From: Octopus sinensis
Lineage: Eukaryota
NCBI RefSeq assembly: GCF_006345805.1
Contig: NC_043000.1
Coordinates: 58,466,001-58,530,000, forward strand
Length of the DNA: 64,000 nt
Direction of reading: 5' to 3'
Below, piece after piece: positions 62,992-64,000 of the stretch (positions within the stretch are counted from its first letter, which is position 1; each line of letters starts with the position of its first letter). Made by a program: the position numbers and the translations under genes. The notes under the pieces are model-generated. The model saw nothing but the letters and a program-made list of their open reading frames with translations. It was not told where the DNA came from and did not search any database.

Positions 62992-63176
62992 GAACCACCC
63001 ACATGGCAAAAAACTACAGGCCACTTGCTTGACAGAACTTAATGTATAAAATATATACAACATGATTAATCTTCTTCCTCCAAGACCATTTTGAAACCAA
63101 TAACATTGTCACAGCAGAACAAGCAGCTAGGAAGAAGGGAATCTGGAGATGTGCCGAGCAATTGCTAATCAACAAG

Positions 63177-64000
63177 ACTCTCTTAAGGAAGCCTTCAGCA
63201 AGTCCTTATACCTCTTTTTTTGTTTATGTGGAGGTCGTTCTCCTTTAGCTAACTCTCCATAAAAGAGTTGTTTTGGCATCCTTGAATCCTTCATTCTGAC
63301 CAGATGACCACCCCATCTGAGCCTTTGCTTTAACACAAGAGCTTCTGTACTTTCACACCGAGAGCCTTCCAATATTTCAAGATCACTGGTGCGGTCCTTC
63401 CACTTAATGCCATAGATCCGTCTGAGGCACATCTGATGGAAACGTTCAAGTTGTTTAAGGTGGTATCGATATGTGATCCACGTCTCGCAGGCATAGAGAA
63501 GAGAAGGGAGCACACATGCCTTGCACGCCTTTATCTTTGTCTTTCTGCATATGTCACGCCGACTCCAGAGGCGCTTTTCTAGCCTTCCGAAAGCAACACT
63601 TGCTTTCCTAAATCTATATGGAATTTCATCATCCAAATTGCCATATCTATTAATAGTGCTTCCCAGGTAGATAAACTGATCAACTACATCAAGTCTTTTA
63701 CCATACACATAGATATTTGGTACACTATACTGCTTACTAGGGGCAGGTTGATGCATGACAACAGTTTTCTTGAGATTGACTGTAAATCCCAAGGCAGTGC
63801 AAGCATCAGAGAATGCATTCAAAATGTGTTGCATATCAATCTCTGTGTGTGCTACTAGCTCACAGTCATCTGCATACAAAAGGTCTCTTATGATAGAGGT
63901 AAATACCTTTGTTTTTGCAGCAAAGCGCCTGATATTAAATATGCTTCTAGAGGTTCGATAATGGACGTAAACACCGTATCTGCAGTTTCTGAATGCAATA
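63177..64000 (-). mobile_element. RTE (BovB-like) LINE RT C-terminal region, runs off the window end
   Basis: Frame open from the window edge to 63169: IRDLLYADDCELVA, FIYLGS, LYACETW, RLRWGGHLVRM, RMPKQLFYGEL. Confidence 0.9.

Noticed and set aside
62512-63042. 176-aa plus-strand ORF and other + ORFs in 58684-62585 and 30848-32817
   Set aside because: Antisense shadows of the Tx1 ORFs.

Overview
Eukaryotic, AT-rich, repeat-dense genomic DNA. The SINE families, (TA)n/(CA)n/(TATG)n microsatellites and long introns point to a coleoid cephalopod, most likely Octopus (inference from repeat content, not a database result). One host gene is supported: the 3' part of a + strand spliced gene with five GT-AG exons (9821-9902, 12891-12998, 18342-18435, 19505-19649, 20973-21125). 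The phases join into 193 aa plus stop, with the C-terminal part of a PHD finger and a C-terminal SAMD1/atherin-like SAM domain; upstream exons were not found. The rest is mobile DNA: RTE-clade, L1/Tx1-clade and R4-like LINE copies (including an R4 relic split by a near full-length Tx1 element with a 6-bp TSD), three Penelope-like (GIY-YIG) insertions, Tc1/mariner and pogo-like relics, piggyBac-type MITEs, a Merlin-like MITE carrying telomeric repeats, and many tRNA-derived SINEs. Most notable: (1) minimal hammerhead-ribozyme-like motifs with a U3-A8 core and covarying stem II in three distinct Penelope-like copies; (2) a 2.1-kb intronic composite of a 228-bp tandem array, a G-quadruplex-type 46-bp VNTR and an RTE-type 3' tail; (3) a 1.2-kb tandem duplication of a young truncated Penelope element. 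No CRISPR, rRNA or true tRNA gene is supported. All alignments and folds were done by eye, and the edges of degenerate repeats are approximate.
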